A DNA stretch of 64,000 nt, from the IMG/VR virus record IMGVR_UViG_3300042539_001740. One strand, given 5' to 3'. The position numbers and the translations under genes were made by a program. Positions within the stretch are counted from its first letter, which is position 1. Each line of letters starts with the position of its first letter. This stretch comes from a virus. Lineage: Duplodnaviria > Caudoviricetes. Below, piece by piece: positions 37,050 to 46,161 of the stretch. The notes under the pieces are model-generated. The model was not told the DNA's origin. It was given only the letters and a program-made list of their open reading frames with translations, and searched no databases.

Positions 37050-38087
37050 ATGCCACTACCTAAAAAAATAAAAAAATATTTACCATTAACCGAATCCAAG
37101 GTAGGTTTGGGGAGAAGAGAGGAATTATTAGAAAAGATAAATAAGGATGGAACTTATTTGCCTAAATCAATTTTACATGCTGATTTGGATGGTGGATTTT
37201 TAGATTTTGTAAAAGAAGAATTGAAACTTATTGTAGATGGAAAATTAATACCAACAATTGATATTTTAGTTACAACACAAAATTGGACTCAGTTTGTTGA
37301 AACTTGGGAGATACAAAATATCGATAAAAATGTTGAGCCCCCTTTTGTAACAGTTGTAAGAAAACCTGAAGTCAAATTTGGAACCAACCCATCAACACTA
37401 TATAATATTCCAAATAGAAGGTTATTTTTTTATGCTCAAGTTCCAACGTGGGATGGACAAAGGATGGGTATGGATGTTTACAAAATACCACAACCAGTTC
37501 CTGTGGATATATCTTTTGATGTAAAAATAATTTGTAATAGAATGCGTGAACTAAACCAATTTAATAAAATTATTTTGGAGAAATTTGCATCTCGTCAAGC
37601 GTATCAAGTTATTAAAGGGCATTATATTCCAATTGTAATGGGTGATATTTCGGATGAAAGTGTCTTAGATTTGAACAAAAGAAAATATTATATCCAAAGT
37701 TATAGTTTTACTATGTTAGGTTTTCTAATTGATGAAAACGAGTTTGAGGTAAGTCCTGCAGTAAGTAGAGTTTTACAAGTTACCGAAGTTGATACTCGTA
37801 CAACAAGAAGAAGAAAAAAAATGGAATCTATTGAACAATCAAATAATTTCAATTTGATTTATAATGTGGGTAACGATACATTATCTCAAACATTCAATTA
37901 CACAACTAATCTTAGTATATTAGATATTGTTAATGTCAATACCTATGATGTTTATATTAATAATGATTATTATGGAACTAATGTTTCACAAGTACAAATT
38001 AACACTAATGATATTGTAAGGATTGAAGTAGTTAGATTAAATGTCTCTGAAGTATCTTCTATGGTTTTGAGTGGCTTCTTACTTTAA
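37050..38087 (+). CDS. Tail terminator/sheath stabiliser (T4 gp15-like)
   Basis: PVPVDISFDVKIIC.RMRELNQF...FTMLGFL, and position upstream of the sheath gene. Confidence 0.65.
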   Translation: MPLPKKIKKYLPLTESKVGLGRREELLEKINKDGTYLPKSILHADLDGGFLDFVKEELKLIVDGKLIPTIDILVTTQNWTQFVETWEIQNIDKNVEPPFVTVVRKPEVKFGTNPSTLYNIPNRRLFFYAQVPTWDGQRMGMDVYKIPQPVPVDISFDVKIICNRMRELNQFNKIILEKFASRQAYQVIKGHYIPIVMGDISDESVLDLNKRKYYIQSYSFTMLGFLIDENEFEVSPAVSRVLQVTEVDTRTTRRRKKMESIEQSNNFNLIYNVGNDTLSQTFNYTTNLSILDIVNVNTYDVYINNDYYGTNVSQVQINTNDIVRIEVVRLNVSEVSSMVLSGFLL

Positions 38088-38248
38088 GAATCACCATATA
38101 TATCTTTTTTTTCTTTACACTTTTCAACTATCAATCTTTCCAAAAAACGATACATTTTTATACCATTCTTATCACAATATGTTTTTAATATATCGTGTAC
38201 CTCAATAGATATCTTCAAATTCTTTATTTTTTTCTCTGTTTTAGACAT
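38084..38248 (-). CDS. Ribbon-helix-helix DNA-binding protein (54 aa), below the ORF-track cutoff
   Basis: MSKTEKKIKNLKISIEVHDILKTYCDKNGIKMYRFLERLIVEKCKEKKDIYGDS: alternating beta-strand KNLKIS then two helices (CopG/Arc pattern). Confidence 0.7.
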   Translation of the reverse strand: MSKTEKKIKNLKISIEVHDILKTYCDKNGIKMYRFLERLIVEKCKEKKDIYGDS

Positions 38249-38249
38249 A

Positions 38250-38276
38250 GTAGAAAAAAGGTAGAATTTATTCTAC
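38250..38276. promoter_or_regulatory. Candidate RHH operator: GTAGAA repeats
   Basis: gtagaa at 38250 and 38261, inverted ttctac at 38271; perfect gtagaat-tt-attctac palindrome directly upstream of the RHH start. Confidence 0.45.
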
Positions 38277-38365
38277 TCAATTTATCAATACATATAATGA
38301 AGTAAAGTTTTTTAGGGTTGATACTAATATTTATTTATAAAATAAATTATTAAACATCCTTATCA

Positions 38366-41300
38366 ATGTCAAACAGTAAAGTTTTCGTATCTCCTGGTGT
38401 CTATACTTCTGAGGTCGATTTAAGTTTTGTGTCACAAAGTGTGGGCGTAACAACTCTTGGTATTGTTGGTGAAACCTTGAAAGGTCCAGCCTTCGAACCT
38501 ATTTTTATTACAAACTTTGACGAATTCACAACGTATTTCGGTGGTACTTCCCCTGAGAAATTTATAAACACTCAAATACCAAAGTATGAAGCCGCTTATG
38601 TAGCCAAAGCATACTTACAACAATCTAACCAATTATTCGTAACAAGAATTCTTGGGTTATCAGGTTATGATGCAGGACCTTCTTGGTCTATATCTACGGT
38701 TGCTAATGTTGACCAATCAACTGTTGGGTTTGATTGTTCAAGTGCTTCAACTGTAAGTTGTATTACACAATGTGTTGAATTTAAAGTTAGTAGTTATACA
38801 ATCAATTTTACTGGTTGTACAAATAGTATTAACTCTATTTCATACACAACATCAATACCGGCACTTCTATCGGGTGACTTATATAGTACATATGAGTTAT
38901 TTAATGGGTCAACCTCAACGATTGATTCTGATATAAAAAATCAGTTATTCAATATTTTAAACACCCCATCAACATCAGCAACATCAATAAACTATTTTGG
39001 TACAGTATCAGGTGGAACTATTGATACATTATTATCAGGGTACACTTCTCAAAATAATGTGTTTGGTGTTGATAACATTAGTTCGGATTTGGCCGACTAT
39101 ACTGCAGCCGTTAATGATACTTGGTATTATGCAACTTTTGATAATATTGGAAATGGTCAATATTCGGGTTATTCTTTTTACGATTATGTTAATAGTTTAA
39201 CACTAACATCATCGTTATCAAATTGTGCATCATTTTATAGTTACTCAGTAAGTTCTCCAACTATCACTACAGTTACAGGTGCAATCAATTACAATACAAA
39301 TGTAATTAATGTTTGTCTTCCATCCACAGCAACTACAGCTGACGTAACTGCAATGACTATTAATTTCAGTGCTTGTACTAACCCAGCATTAAGTGGTATA
39401 ACAAGTGGTGGTGTGGTACAATCGGCAACAACAGTTGGTTATAATTTTAGTTCTTTGACTAAATCATATACAATAGTATCTGACGATTTGACAGCAACTT
39501 CAGCTTGGACTGTTAATTTACTTTTCACAGACCCATGTGGTGTTTGTACAACAGGTAATACAGGAACAATTCAAACAGGTACAATCACTAATTGTTATAG
39601 TGGTAGTATAACTGGTAACATATACATTTATAGTGGTACAGCATATACAGATTATGATGACTTGGTAATAGCAACACTACGTTCAAGAGGTATTGCAACT
39701 TATGGTACAGATAATGGTGCCGTATATGAGGTCAGTGGATTAACTGACGTTAGTATGGATTGTACTGGCACATATTCAGCGGTTACTAAAAATCCATATT
39801 CAACATTTGCACTTAATGTTACTAATAAAGATGGTGATAACTTTACTTTCGAAACATCATTTACTAATTCAGACCCTAAGTATATTGCTAAAGTATTCGG
39901 TTCAAGTAACTTTGCAAAACCAAGAGCAACAACACCATTGTTTGTAGAAGAAAGGTTCCAATCATTATTAAACTATGGTTATAGAAAAGGTTACATTAGA
40001 GGTTTGAATTGTGACTTGATTGCATTACCAAATGCAAGACAAGAGGTAGACGCAACTTCAATAGCTTTCTACTTAGAAAGATACCAATCACCAGTTTCTC
40101 CATGGGTTGTTTCTGAACTTAGAGGTAACAAAGTATTTAATCTATTCAGATTTACAACGATAGCTGATGGGGATGCTGCAAATACAGAAGTAAAAATTTC
40201 TATGGCAAATATGTCATTCAATAATGGTACTTTTGATGTTCAAATTAGAGATTTCTTTGATAGTGATTCAAATCCTGTTGTATTAGAGAAATTTACAAAT
40301 TGTTCAATGAATCCTAATGAAAATAATTTCATAGCTAAAAAAATTGGAACTAAAGATGGTGAATATGCTTTGAACTCCAAATTTGTAATGTTAGAGATTA
40401 ATGAAGATGCACCAATCGATGCTTTACCTTGTGGTTTCGTTGGTTACAATATGAGAGAATATGCTGGTGCAAAATCACCATTCCCAATTTACAAAACTAA
40501 ATATGATTTCCCTGGTGAAGTTGTATACAATCCACCTTTCGGGTTAGCTTCAGGTGCTGATGATGCTTTAAGAAGTGCTGGTGACAATGTTAGAAGAACA
40601 TATTTAGGTATTTCTGATACAGTTGGTTACGATGTTGATTTCTTCACTTACAAAGGAAAACGTTTACCAGGTTCAAGTATCTGTGATGCAACTACTGGGG
40701 CTGATTGGTCTTATAGAACAAAAGGTTTCCATATGGATAAAGACGCTTCAGGTATTACTATTGCTAACTCGTTTACTACAAGTGGTACTGCTGAGTTTTA
40801 TGTTGGTAGTGGTACATTCACAAGTGACCCTAGTGATGAAACAAATCCTTACTACAGAATATTTGCACGTAAATTTAGTTTCTTGTGCTCAGGTGGTTTC
40901 GATGGTTGGGACATCTACAGAGAACGTAGAACTAATGCCGATAACTTTATTTTGGGTAGAAGTGGTTATTTAAGAGGTGCATGTCCATCGTTCAGATATC
41001 CAACAGCAACAGGATGGGGTGCATTCAAAACAATAACAGTTGGGAATACAACTCAAGATTATGCTAATACTGACTATTACGCTTACTTGTTAGGTCAACA
41101 AACATTCCAAAATCCTGAAGCGGTTAATATAAATGTATTCGTAACAACAGGTATTGATTATGTAAACAATAGTAACCTTGTAGAAGCAGCAATAGAAATG
41201 ATAGAATTTGATAGAGCTGACTCAATTTACATCACAACAACACCTGACTACAATATGTTAGTACCAACAACGGGTGAACAAACTGATGTTATTTATCCAC

Positions 41301-41959
41301 AAGAAGCTGTTGATAACTTAGAAACTGCGGGTATAGATTCTAACTACACGGCAACTTACTATCCTTGGGTATTAACAAGAGATACTGTTAACAATACACA
41401 AATCTATATACCACCAACTGCTGAGGTTTGTAGAAACTTAGCTTTAACTGATAATATTGCTTTCCCTTGGTTTGCTGCGGCAGGTTATACAAGAGGTATT
41501 GTTAACGCAATCAAAGCGAGAAGAAAACTTACACAAGAAGAAAGAGATACTCTATACAAAGGTAGAATTAATCCAATCGCAACTTTCTCTGATGTAGGAA
41601 CAGTTATTTGGGGTAACAAAACTATGCAAATTAGAGAATCTGCTCTTGATAGAATCAACGTAAGAAGATTGTTATTACAAGCAAGAAAACTTATATCTGC
41701 AGTTTCAGTTAGATTGTTGTTCGAACAAAATGACGAAAAAGTAAGACAAGATTTCTTAGATGCTGTCAATCCAATATTAGATGCTATCAGAAGAGATAGA
41801 GGTTTGTATGATTTCCGTGTAACGGTTTCTTCAGACCCTGCAGATTTGGATAGAAACCAATTGACAGGTAAAATATATATTAAACCAACTCGTTCGTTAG
41901 AATTTATAGATATTACTTTCTATATCACCCCAACAGGTGCTTCGTTTGAGAATATTTAA
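38366..41959 (+). CDS. Contractile tail sheath protein with large inserted domains
   Basis: N-terminal SPGVYTSEVD; C-terminal WFAAAGYTRG, INPI, VIWGNKT, RINVRRLL and IKPTRSLEFI. Confidence 0.95.
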   Translation: MSNSKVFVSPGVYTSEVDLSFVSQSVGVTTLGIVGETLKGPAFEPIFITNFDEFTTYFGGTSPEKFINTQIPKYEAAYVAKAYLQQSNQLFVTRILGLSGYDAGPSWSISTVANVDQSTVGFDCSSASTVSCITQCVEFKVSSYTINFTGCTNSINSISYTTSIPALLSGDLYSTYELFNGSTSTIDSDIKNQLFNILNTPSTSATSINYFGTVSGGTIDTLLSGYTSQNNVFGVDNISSDLADYTAAVNDTWYYATFDNIGNGQYSGYSFYDYVNSLTLTSSLSNCASFYSYSVSSPTITTVTGAINYNTNVINVCLPSTATTADVTAMTINFSACTNPALSGITSGGVVQSATTVGYNFSSLTKSYTIVSDDLTATSAWTVNLLFTDPCGVCTTGNTGTIQTGTITNCYSGSITGNIYIYSGTAYTDYDDLVIATLRSRGIATYGTDNGAVYEVSGLTDVSMDCTGTYSAVTKNPYSTFALNVTNKDGDNFTFETSFTNSDPKYIAKVFGSSNFAKPRATTPLFVEERFQSLLNYGYRKGYIRGLNCDLIALPNARQEVDATSIAFYLERYQSPVSPWVVSELRGNKVFNLFRFTTIADGDAANTEVKISMANMSFNNGTFDVQIRDFFDSDSNPVVLEKFTNCSMNPNENNFIAKKIGTKDGEYALNSKFVMLEINEDAPIDALPCGFVGYNMREYAGAKSPFPIYKTKYDFPGEVVYNPPFGLASGADDALRSAGDNVRRTYLGISDTVGYDVDFFTYKGKRLPGSSICDATTGADWSYRTKGFHMDKDASGITIANSFTTSGTAEFYVGSGTFTSDPSDETNPYYRIFARKFSFLCSGGFDGWDIYRERRTNADNFILGRSGYLRGACPSFRYPTATGWGAFKTITVGNTTQDYANTDYYAYLLGQQTFQNPEAVNINVFVTTGIDYVNNSNLVEAAIEMIEFDRADSIYITTTPDYNMLVPTTGEQTDVIYPQEAVDNLETAGIDSNYTATYYPWVLTRDTVNNTQIYIPPTAEVCRNLALTDNIAFPWFAAAGYTRGIVNAIKARRKLTQEERDTLYKGRINPIATFSDVGTVIWGNKTMQIRESALDRINVRRLLLQARKLISAVSVRLLFEQNDEKVRQDFLDAVNPILDAIRRDRGLYDFRVTVSSDPADLDRNQLTGKIYIKPTRSLEFIDITFYITPTGASFENI

Positions 41960-41983
41960 TATATTTTAATACCACAAAAAATT

Positions 41984-42018
41984 AACCCTCCTTGATTTAA
42001 AGGAGGGTTTTTGTTTTT
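41984..42018 (+). terminator. Intrinsic terminator after the sheath gene
   Basis: aaccctcctt/aaggagggtt 10-bp stem followed by a T-tract. Confidence 0.85.
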
Positions 42019-42080
42019 TAATTAAATATCCTATATTTATATGTAGATTGGTGTTTGTTACATTAAAAAATAATTTACCT

Positions 42081-43604
42081 ATGAAAATTGAATTAAAATG
42101 TATGAATTGTACGAATATGTTTGTTACAGATTATAAACATAGAGATAAAAAATTCTGTGATAGAACTTGTTATTTTGAGTATGCTAAAAAAAATAAGATA
42201 CTTGGTAAGGAGAAAGATGAAAGCGTGAGGGAAAACAGAACTTGTATCCAATGTGGTAATAGTTTTACAGAAAGAAAAAAACACGAAAGAAAACTTTGTT
42301 CCAATGAATGTAGAACAATTTGGAATAAAAAAGAGGTCAATAAAGAAAATAGAATTAACAAGTCGAAACAAGTGTTATATGAAAAGTATGGTGAGGATTC
42401 TTTATTCAAATTAGATGAGTTTAAAAAAAATAGAGATAAACTTTTCATAGAGAAGTATGGAGTTAAGAGTCCTATGTATTTACAAGAATTTGTGGATAAA
42501 TTAAAAAACACAATTAAAATAAAACATTTAGACAAACTACTCCCCAAATTAGATGAACAAAATTTGAAGTTATTAGATGATTATAAACAAAATAAAAATG
42601 GTAATACCTCACAATCTTATACTTTCGAGTGTACTAAATGTGAAAACATTTTTAGTAGTACATTATTAGGTAGTGGTAAAATACCAATCTGTAGAAAATG
42701 TTACCCAATTACCAAAAATTCCAACTTAGAACAAAAAATTAAAGATTTTTTAAATACGAATAATATAAAACATATTGATGCCGACAGAAAAATATTAAAT
42801 GGTAAAGAAATTGATATTTTTTTACCCGATTTCAATCTTGGAATTGAGGTAAATGGTAATTATTTTCATTCTGAAATAAGTGGAGAAAAGACAAAATTAT
42901 ATCATATTGACAAAACGATTCTTTCGAATGATAAAAATATTAATTTGATTCAATTCTATGAAGATGAAATTATGTTAAAAACAGATATCGTATTATCTAA
43001 GTTATCGAGTAAATTGAATTTAAATAGTAAAATTTATGGTAGAAAATGTAATGCTCAAGAAATCACAAAAAAACAATCTATGGAATTTTTGAATGAAAAT
43101 CATTTACAAGGTTATACTATTGATAAATTTAGATATGGTCTTTTTTTTGAAAATGAATTAGTATCTGTAATGACTTTTGGAAAAAAAAGAAAATCGTTAG
43201 GTAATAAAGATATCATTTCTGACGAATATGAATTAATCCGATTTAGTAATAAAAAGTTCACTACAATTGTTGGAGGATTCTCTAAATTGTTAAAATATTT
43301 TATCAATAACATCAATCCACATAAAATAGAAACTTTTGCAGATATCAGATGGTCGGGTATTAATCCAAACAACACAGTTTATCACAAAAATGGTTTTCAA
43401 TATACATCAAAAACACCACCAAATTATTGGTATATTAAAACTGATAAATATCTAAATAGACATCATAGATTTGTGTTTAGAAAGGATGTACTTGTTAAGG
43501 AGGGTTATGATAAAAATATGACAGAGTGGGAAATTATGAAACTAAAAGGTTATGATAGAATTTGGGATTGTGGTTCGTTAAAATTTGAGCTATCATTACG
43601 ATAA
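42081..43604 (+). CDS. Hef-like free-standing homing endonuclease (Zn-finger repeats + EDxHD/Vsr-like nuclease + C-terminal GNAT-like domain)
   Basis: CxxC...KFCxxxC repeats, EIDIFLPDFNLGIEVNGNYFHS, and ENHLQG...YELIRF...GGFSKL...ADIRWS...WDCGSLKF. ATG at 42081 follows TATTTAT at 42034. Confidence 0.8.
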   Translation: MKIELKCMNCTNMFVTDYKHRDKKFCDRTCYFEYAKKNKILGKEKDESVRENRTCIQCGNSFTERKKHERKLCSNECRTIWNKKEVNKENRINKSKQVLYEKYGEDSLFKLDEFKKNRDKLFIEKYGVKSPMYLQEFVDKLKNTIKIKHLDKLLPKLDEQNLKLLDDYKQNKNGNTSQSYTFECTKCENIFSSTLLGSGKIPICRKCYPITKNSNLEQKIKDFLNTNNIKHIDADRKILNGKEIDIFLPDFNLGIEVNGNYFHSEISGEKTKLYHIDKTILSNDKNINLIQFYEDEIMLKTDIVLSKLSSKLNLNSKIYGRKCNAQEITKKQSMEFLNENHLQGYTIDKFRYGLFFENELVSVMTFGKKRKSLGNKDIISDEYELIRFSNKKFTTIVGGFSKLLKYFINNINPHKIETFADIRWSGINPNNTVYHKNGFQYTSKTPPNYWYIKTDKYLNRHHRFVFRKDVLVKEGYDKNMTEWEIMKLKGYDRIWDCGSLKFELSLR

Positions 43605-43611
43605 ATTGAAC

Positions 43612-43644
43612 AAAAGGAAGATAATAAACCATCTTCCTTTTTTT
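43612..43644 (+). terminator. Intrinsic terminator
   Basis: aaaaggaagat/atcttcctttt stem plus T-tract. Confidence 0.8.
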
Positions 43645-43665
43645 AATTAAGACATATTTATTAGT

Positions 43666-44547
43666 ATGAGAAATACAATTATTAAATTACTTAGAGAATT
43701 TGAAGAAAGAGAAATCCCAATGAAGTATTATGCTTTTGATTGGGATGATAACTTAATGTATATGCCAACAAAAATCTACTTATTAGATGATGATGGAGAA
43801 GAAGTTGGTATGGGAACTGAGGATTTTGCTGAATATAGAACTCAGATAGGAAAAGAACCTTTTGAATATGAGGGTTTTACTATCGTAAATTTTGCACCAG
43901 ACCCATTCAGAGATTTTAGAGTTACTGGGGATGGTAAATTCTTAAAGGATGTAATGAGTGCTGAATTAGCTAATGATGCTGCATGGCCTGATTTTGTAGA
44001 AGCAATTAATAATGGTTCGTTGTTTGCAATTATTACTGCAAGAGGACATAGACCATCAACACTAATGATGGGGGTTAAAAAACTTATAGATTCAAATAGA
44101 GGTGGAATTGATTCTGATTCTCTATATGATTCATTAAAAGAAATGAGAATTAACTCTGGTGAAAATCCAGCTGATAAAGAAACTGAAATAATGAAGTACC
44201 TAAAAATGAATAGGTATTATCCTGTTTCTTATGGGGAAGGGTCAGCAACAAATCCTGAAGTAGCTAAAATTACAACAATGAATAGATTCAAACAATATGT
44301 TCAAGGTCAAGCTGAAAAATTAAACTTAAGATTATCTAAAAAAATAGAAAACGAAATAAGAAATAAATTTGTTCCTATGATAGGATTTTCTGATGATGAC
44401 CCGAGAAATATTAAGGCTATGAGTAAGGGGGTAAAAGATGTTAAAATATTTTCAACACACGGAGGTATTAAAAAGGAATACAAACCAGATGAAGAAGAAT
44501 TACAACTAGAAACTAGAATAAAAAGAATATTATATAAATTAATATAA
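43666..44547 (+). CDS. HAD-superfamily hydrolase-like protein
   Basis: Motif I AFDWDDNL, motif II IITARG, motif IV GFSDDD. Confidence 0.7.
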   Translation: MRNTIIKLLREFEEREIPMKYYAFDWDDNLMYMPTKIYLLDDDGEEVGMGTEDFAEYRTQIGKEPFEYEGFTIVNFAPDPFRDFRVTGDGKFLKDVMSAELANDAAWPDFVEAINNGSLFAIITARGHRPSTLMMGVKKLIDSNRGGIDSDSLYDSLKEMRINSGENPADKETEIMKYLKMNRYYPVSYGEGSATNPEVAKITTMNRFKQYVQGQAEKLNLRLSKKIENEIRNKFVPMIGFSDDDPRNIKAMSKGVKDVKIFSTHGGIKKEYKPDEEELQLETRIKRILYKLI

Positions 44548-44679
44548 AATATTATATTAATAATATTTAACTAGTTCTAGTATAATAATACTTTTTTTAT
44601 TTTATAAAGTCAATAGAAAAAAAATAATAAGATATTTATATTTAAAATAAAAAAGAATAAAAATTTAAACTGAAATACG

Positions 44680-45168
44680 ATGGCTGATTTATTGATGAAA
44701 ATGCCCATACCTTATGAACCTAAAAGACAGAATAGGTTTATTATGAGATTTCCTTCTTCTTTAGGTATTAATGAATGGTTCGTGGAATCAACATCTAGAC
44801 CAAAAGTTAAGATAAACTCGGTTGAAATCCCATTTTTAAACACTTCAACATATGTTGCAGGTAGATTTAACTGGGAAGAAATTTCTGTTACTTTTAGAGA
44901 CCCTATCGGTCCATCTGCAGCACAAGCACTTATGGAATGGGTTCGTCTTCATGCTGAATCTGTAACAGGTCGTATGGGGTATGCTGCGGGATATAAGAAA
45001 AATGTTGATTTGGAGATGTTAGACCCAACTGGTGTAGTTGTTGAAAAATGGATACTTGAGGGTTGTTTTTTAACTAACGTTGATTTTCAAGGACTATCAT
45101 ATAGTGATGACAAAATAGCAACAATCCAAGCAAACCTTAGAATGGATAGATGTATATTAGTATACTAA
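44680..45168 (+). CDS. Tail tube protein (T4 gp19-like)
   Basis: 162 aa; NRFIMRF, SRPK...VEIPFLN..YVAGRFNWEEISVTFRD, KWILEGCF.TNVDF..LSY. Confidence 0.9.
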   Translation: MADLLMKMPIPYEPKRQNRFIMRFPSSLGINEWFVESTSRPKVKINSVEIPFLNTSTYVAGRFNWEEISVTFRDPIGPSAAQALMEWVRLHAESVTGRMGYAAGYKKNVDLEMLDPTGVVVEKWILEGCFLTNVDFQGLSYSDDKIATIQANLRMDRCILVY

Positions 45169-45221
45169 AAAAAAGTATTTAATTTTTTTATTATTAGTTT
45201 ATTTTAATAATAAAAAAAACA

Positions 45222-45980
45222 ATGGATGCTAATATATTAAAAGCCGGTACTGAAAATTTTAATTTACCACACGATGTAGTTCCTTTACCATCGGGTGGTA
45301 TTTTTTATAAGAACAAAAAGAAATCTGTAAAAGTTGGTTACCTTACAGCTAATGATGAAAACATAATTTTAGGGGGAATTTCTAATCCTAATGTAAATGT
45401 TGTTACTACTTTAATACGAAGTAAACTTTACGAAACAGATATCAGACCCGAAGAACTTTTAGAGGGTGATGTTGAAGCAATTCTAATTTATTTGAGAAAT
45501 ACATCTTTCGGTCCTGAATACACACTCACATTGACTGACCCATTAACAAACAAACCATTCGAAGCTACAATAGTTTTGGATGAATTAAATATTGTTAAAC
45601 CAAATTCAACACCTGATGAAAACGGACATTACAATGTAAAATTACCACGTAGTGAAGCGAATGTAAAACTTAAACCACTGACTTATGGTGAAATCATTGA
45701 AATAGATAAAATGGTTGAAAGTTATCCTACTAATATGACACCTCCAAGAGTTACTTGGAAATTAATGAAACATATTGTTGAAATTAATGGTGAGACAGAT
45801 AGAGAAAAAATTTCACAAATGGTAAATAATCTTCCAATTATGGATTCAAAATTTATTAAAAAATTCATAAAAGAAAATGAACCATCTTTGGATTTAAAAA
45901 GAGTTGTTAGAGCACCATCAGGTGAACAGGTGAATTTGGAGGTCACCTTTGGTGTTGAATTTTTTCGCCCTTTCTTCTAA
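45222..45980 (+). CDS. Tail assembly chaperone / baseplate hub assembly protein (gp26-like)
   Basis: Sits between tube and tape measure; VPLPSGG..Y, KLKPLTYGE, DSKFIKKFI...PSLDL. Confidence 0.75.
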   Translation: MDANILKAGTENFNLPHDVVPLPSGGIFYKNKKKSVKVGYLTANDENIILGGISNPNVNVVTTLIRSKLYETDIRPEELLEGDVEAILIYLRNTSFGPEYTLTLTDPLTNKPFEATIVLDELNIVKPNSTPDENGHYNVKLPRSEANVKLKPLTYGEIIEIDKMVESYPTNMTPPRVTWKLMKHIVEINGETDREKISQMVNNLPIMDSKFIKKFIKENEPSLDLKRVVRAPSGEQVNLEVTFGVEFFRPFF

Positions 45981-46122
45981 GTATAGAGAAGTATTATTAG
46001 ATGAGTATTTTTTATTGGGTAAATTTCTTCATACATCATATACCGATTTTTTAAATTTACCAACATACTCAAGAAAATATTTAGTCAATAAAATTATAGA
46101 ATACCACACATCTGAAAAATAA
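45934..46122 (+). CDS. Overlapping +1-frame ORF (gp51-like / 'T' part of the tail chaperone); probable frameshift product
   Basis: Open frame ...LNFFALSSKYREVLLDEYFLLGKFLHTSYTDFLNLPTYSRKYLVNKIIEYHTSEK* with no ATG; overlaps the end of the upstream ORF at GAA TTT TTT CGC. Confidence 0.6.
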   Translation: MWRSPLVLNFFALSSKYREVLLDEYFLLGKFLHTSYTDFLNLPTYSRKYLVNKIIEYHTSEK

Positions 46123-46161
46123 AAAAAGGTGTGTGGTATTTATTTATAAAACAATTTAAAT

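Noticed and set aside
41959-43666. Group I intron in the sheath gene hosting the Hef-like endonuclease
   Set aside because: The sheath ORF is complete with its normal C-terminus and a terminator before the endonuclease; no P7/J8-7 intron motifs are seen.
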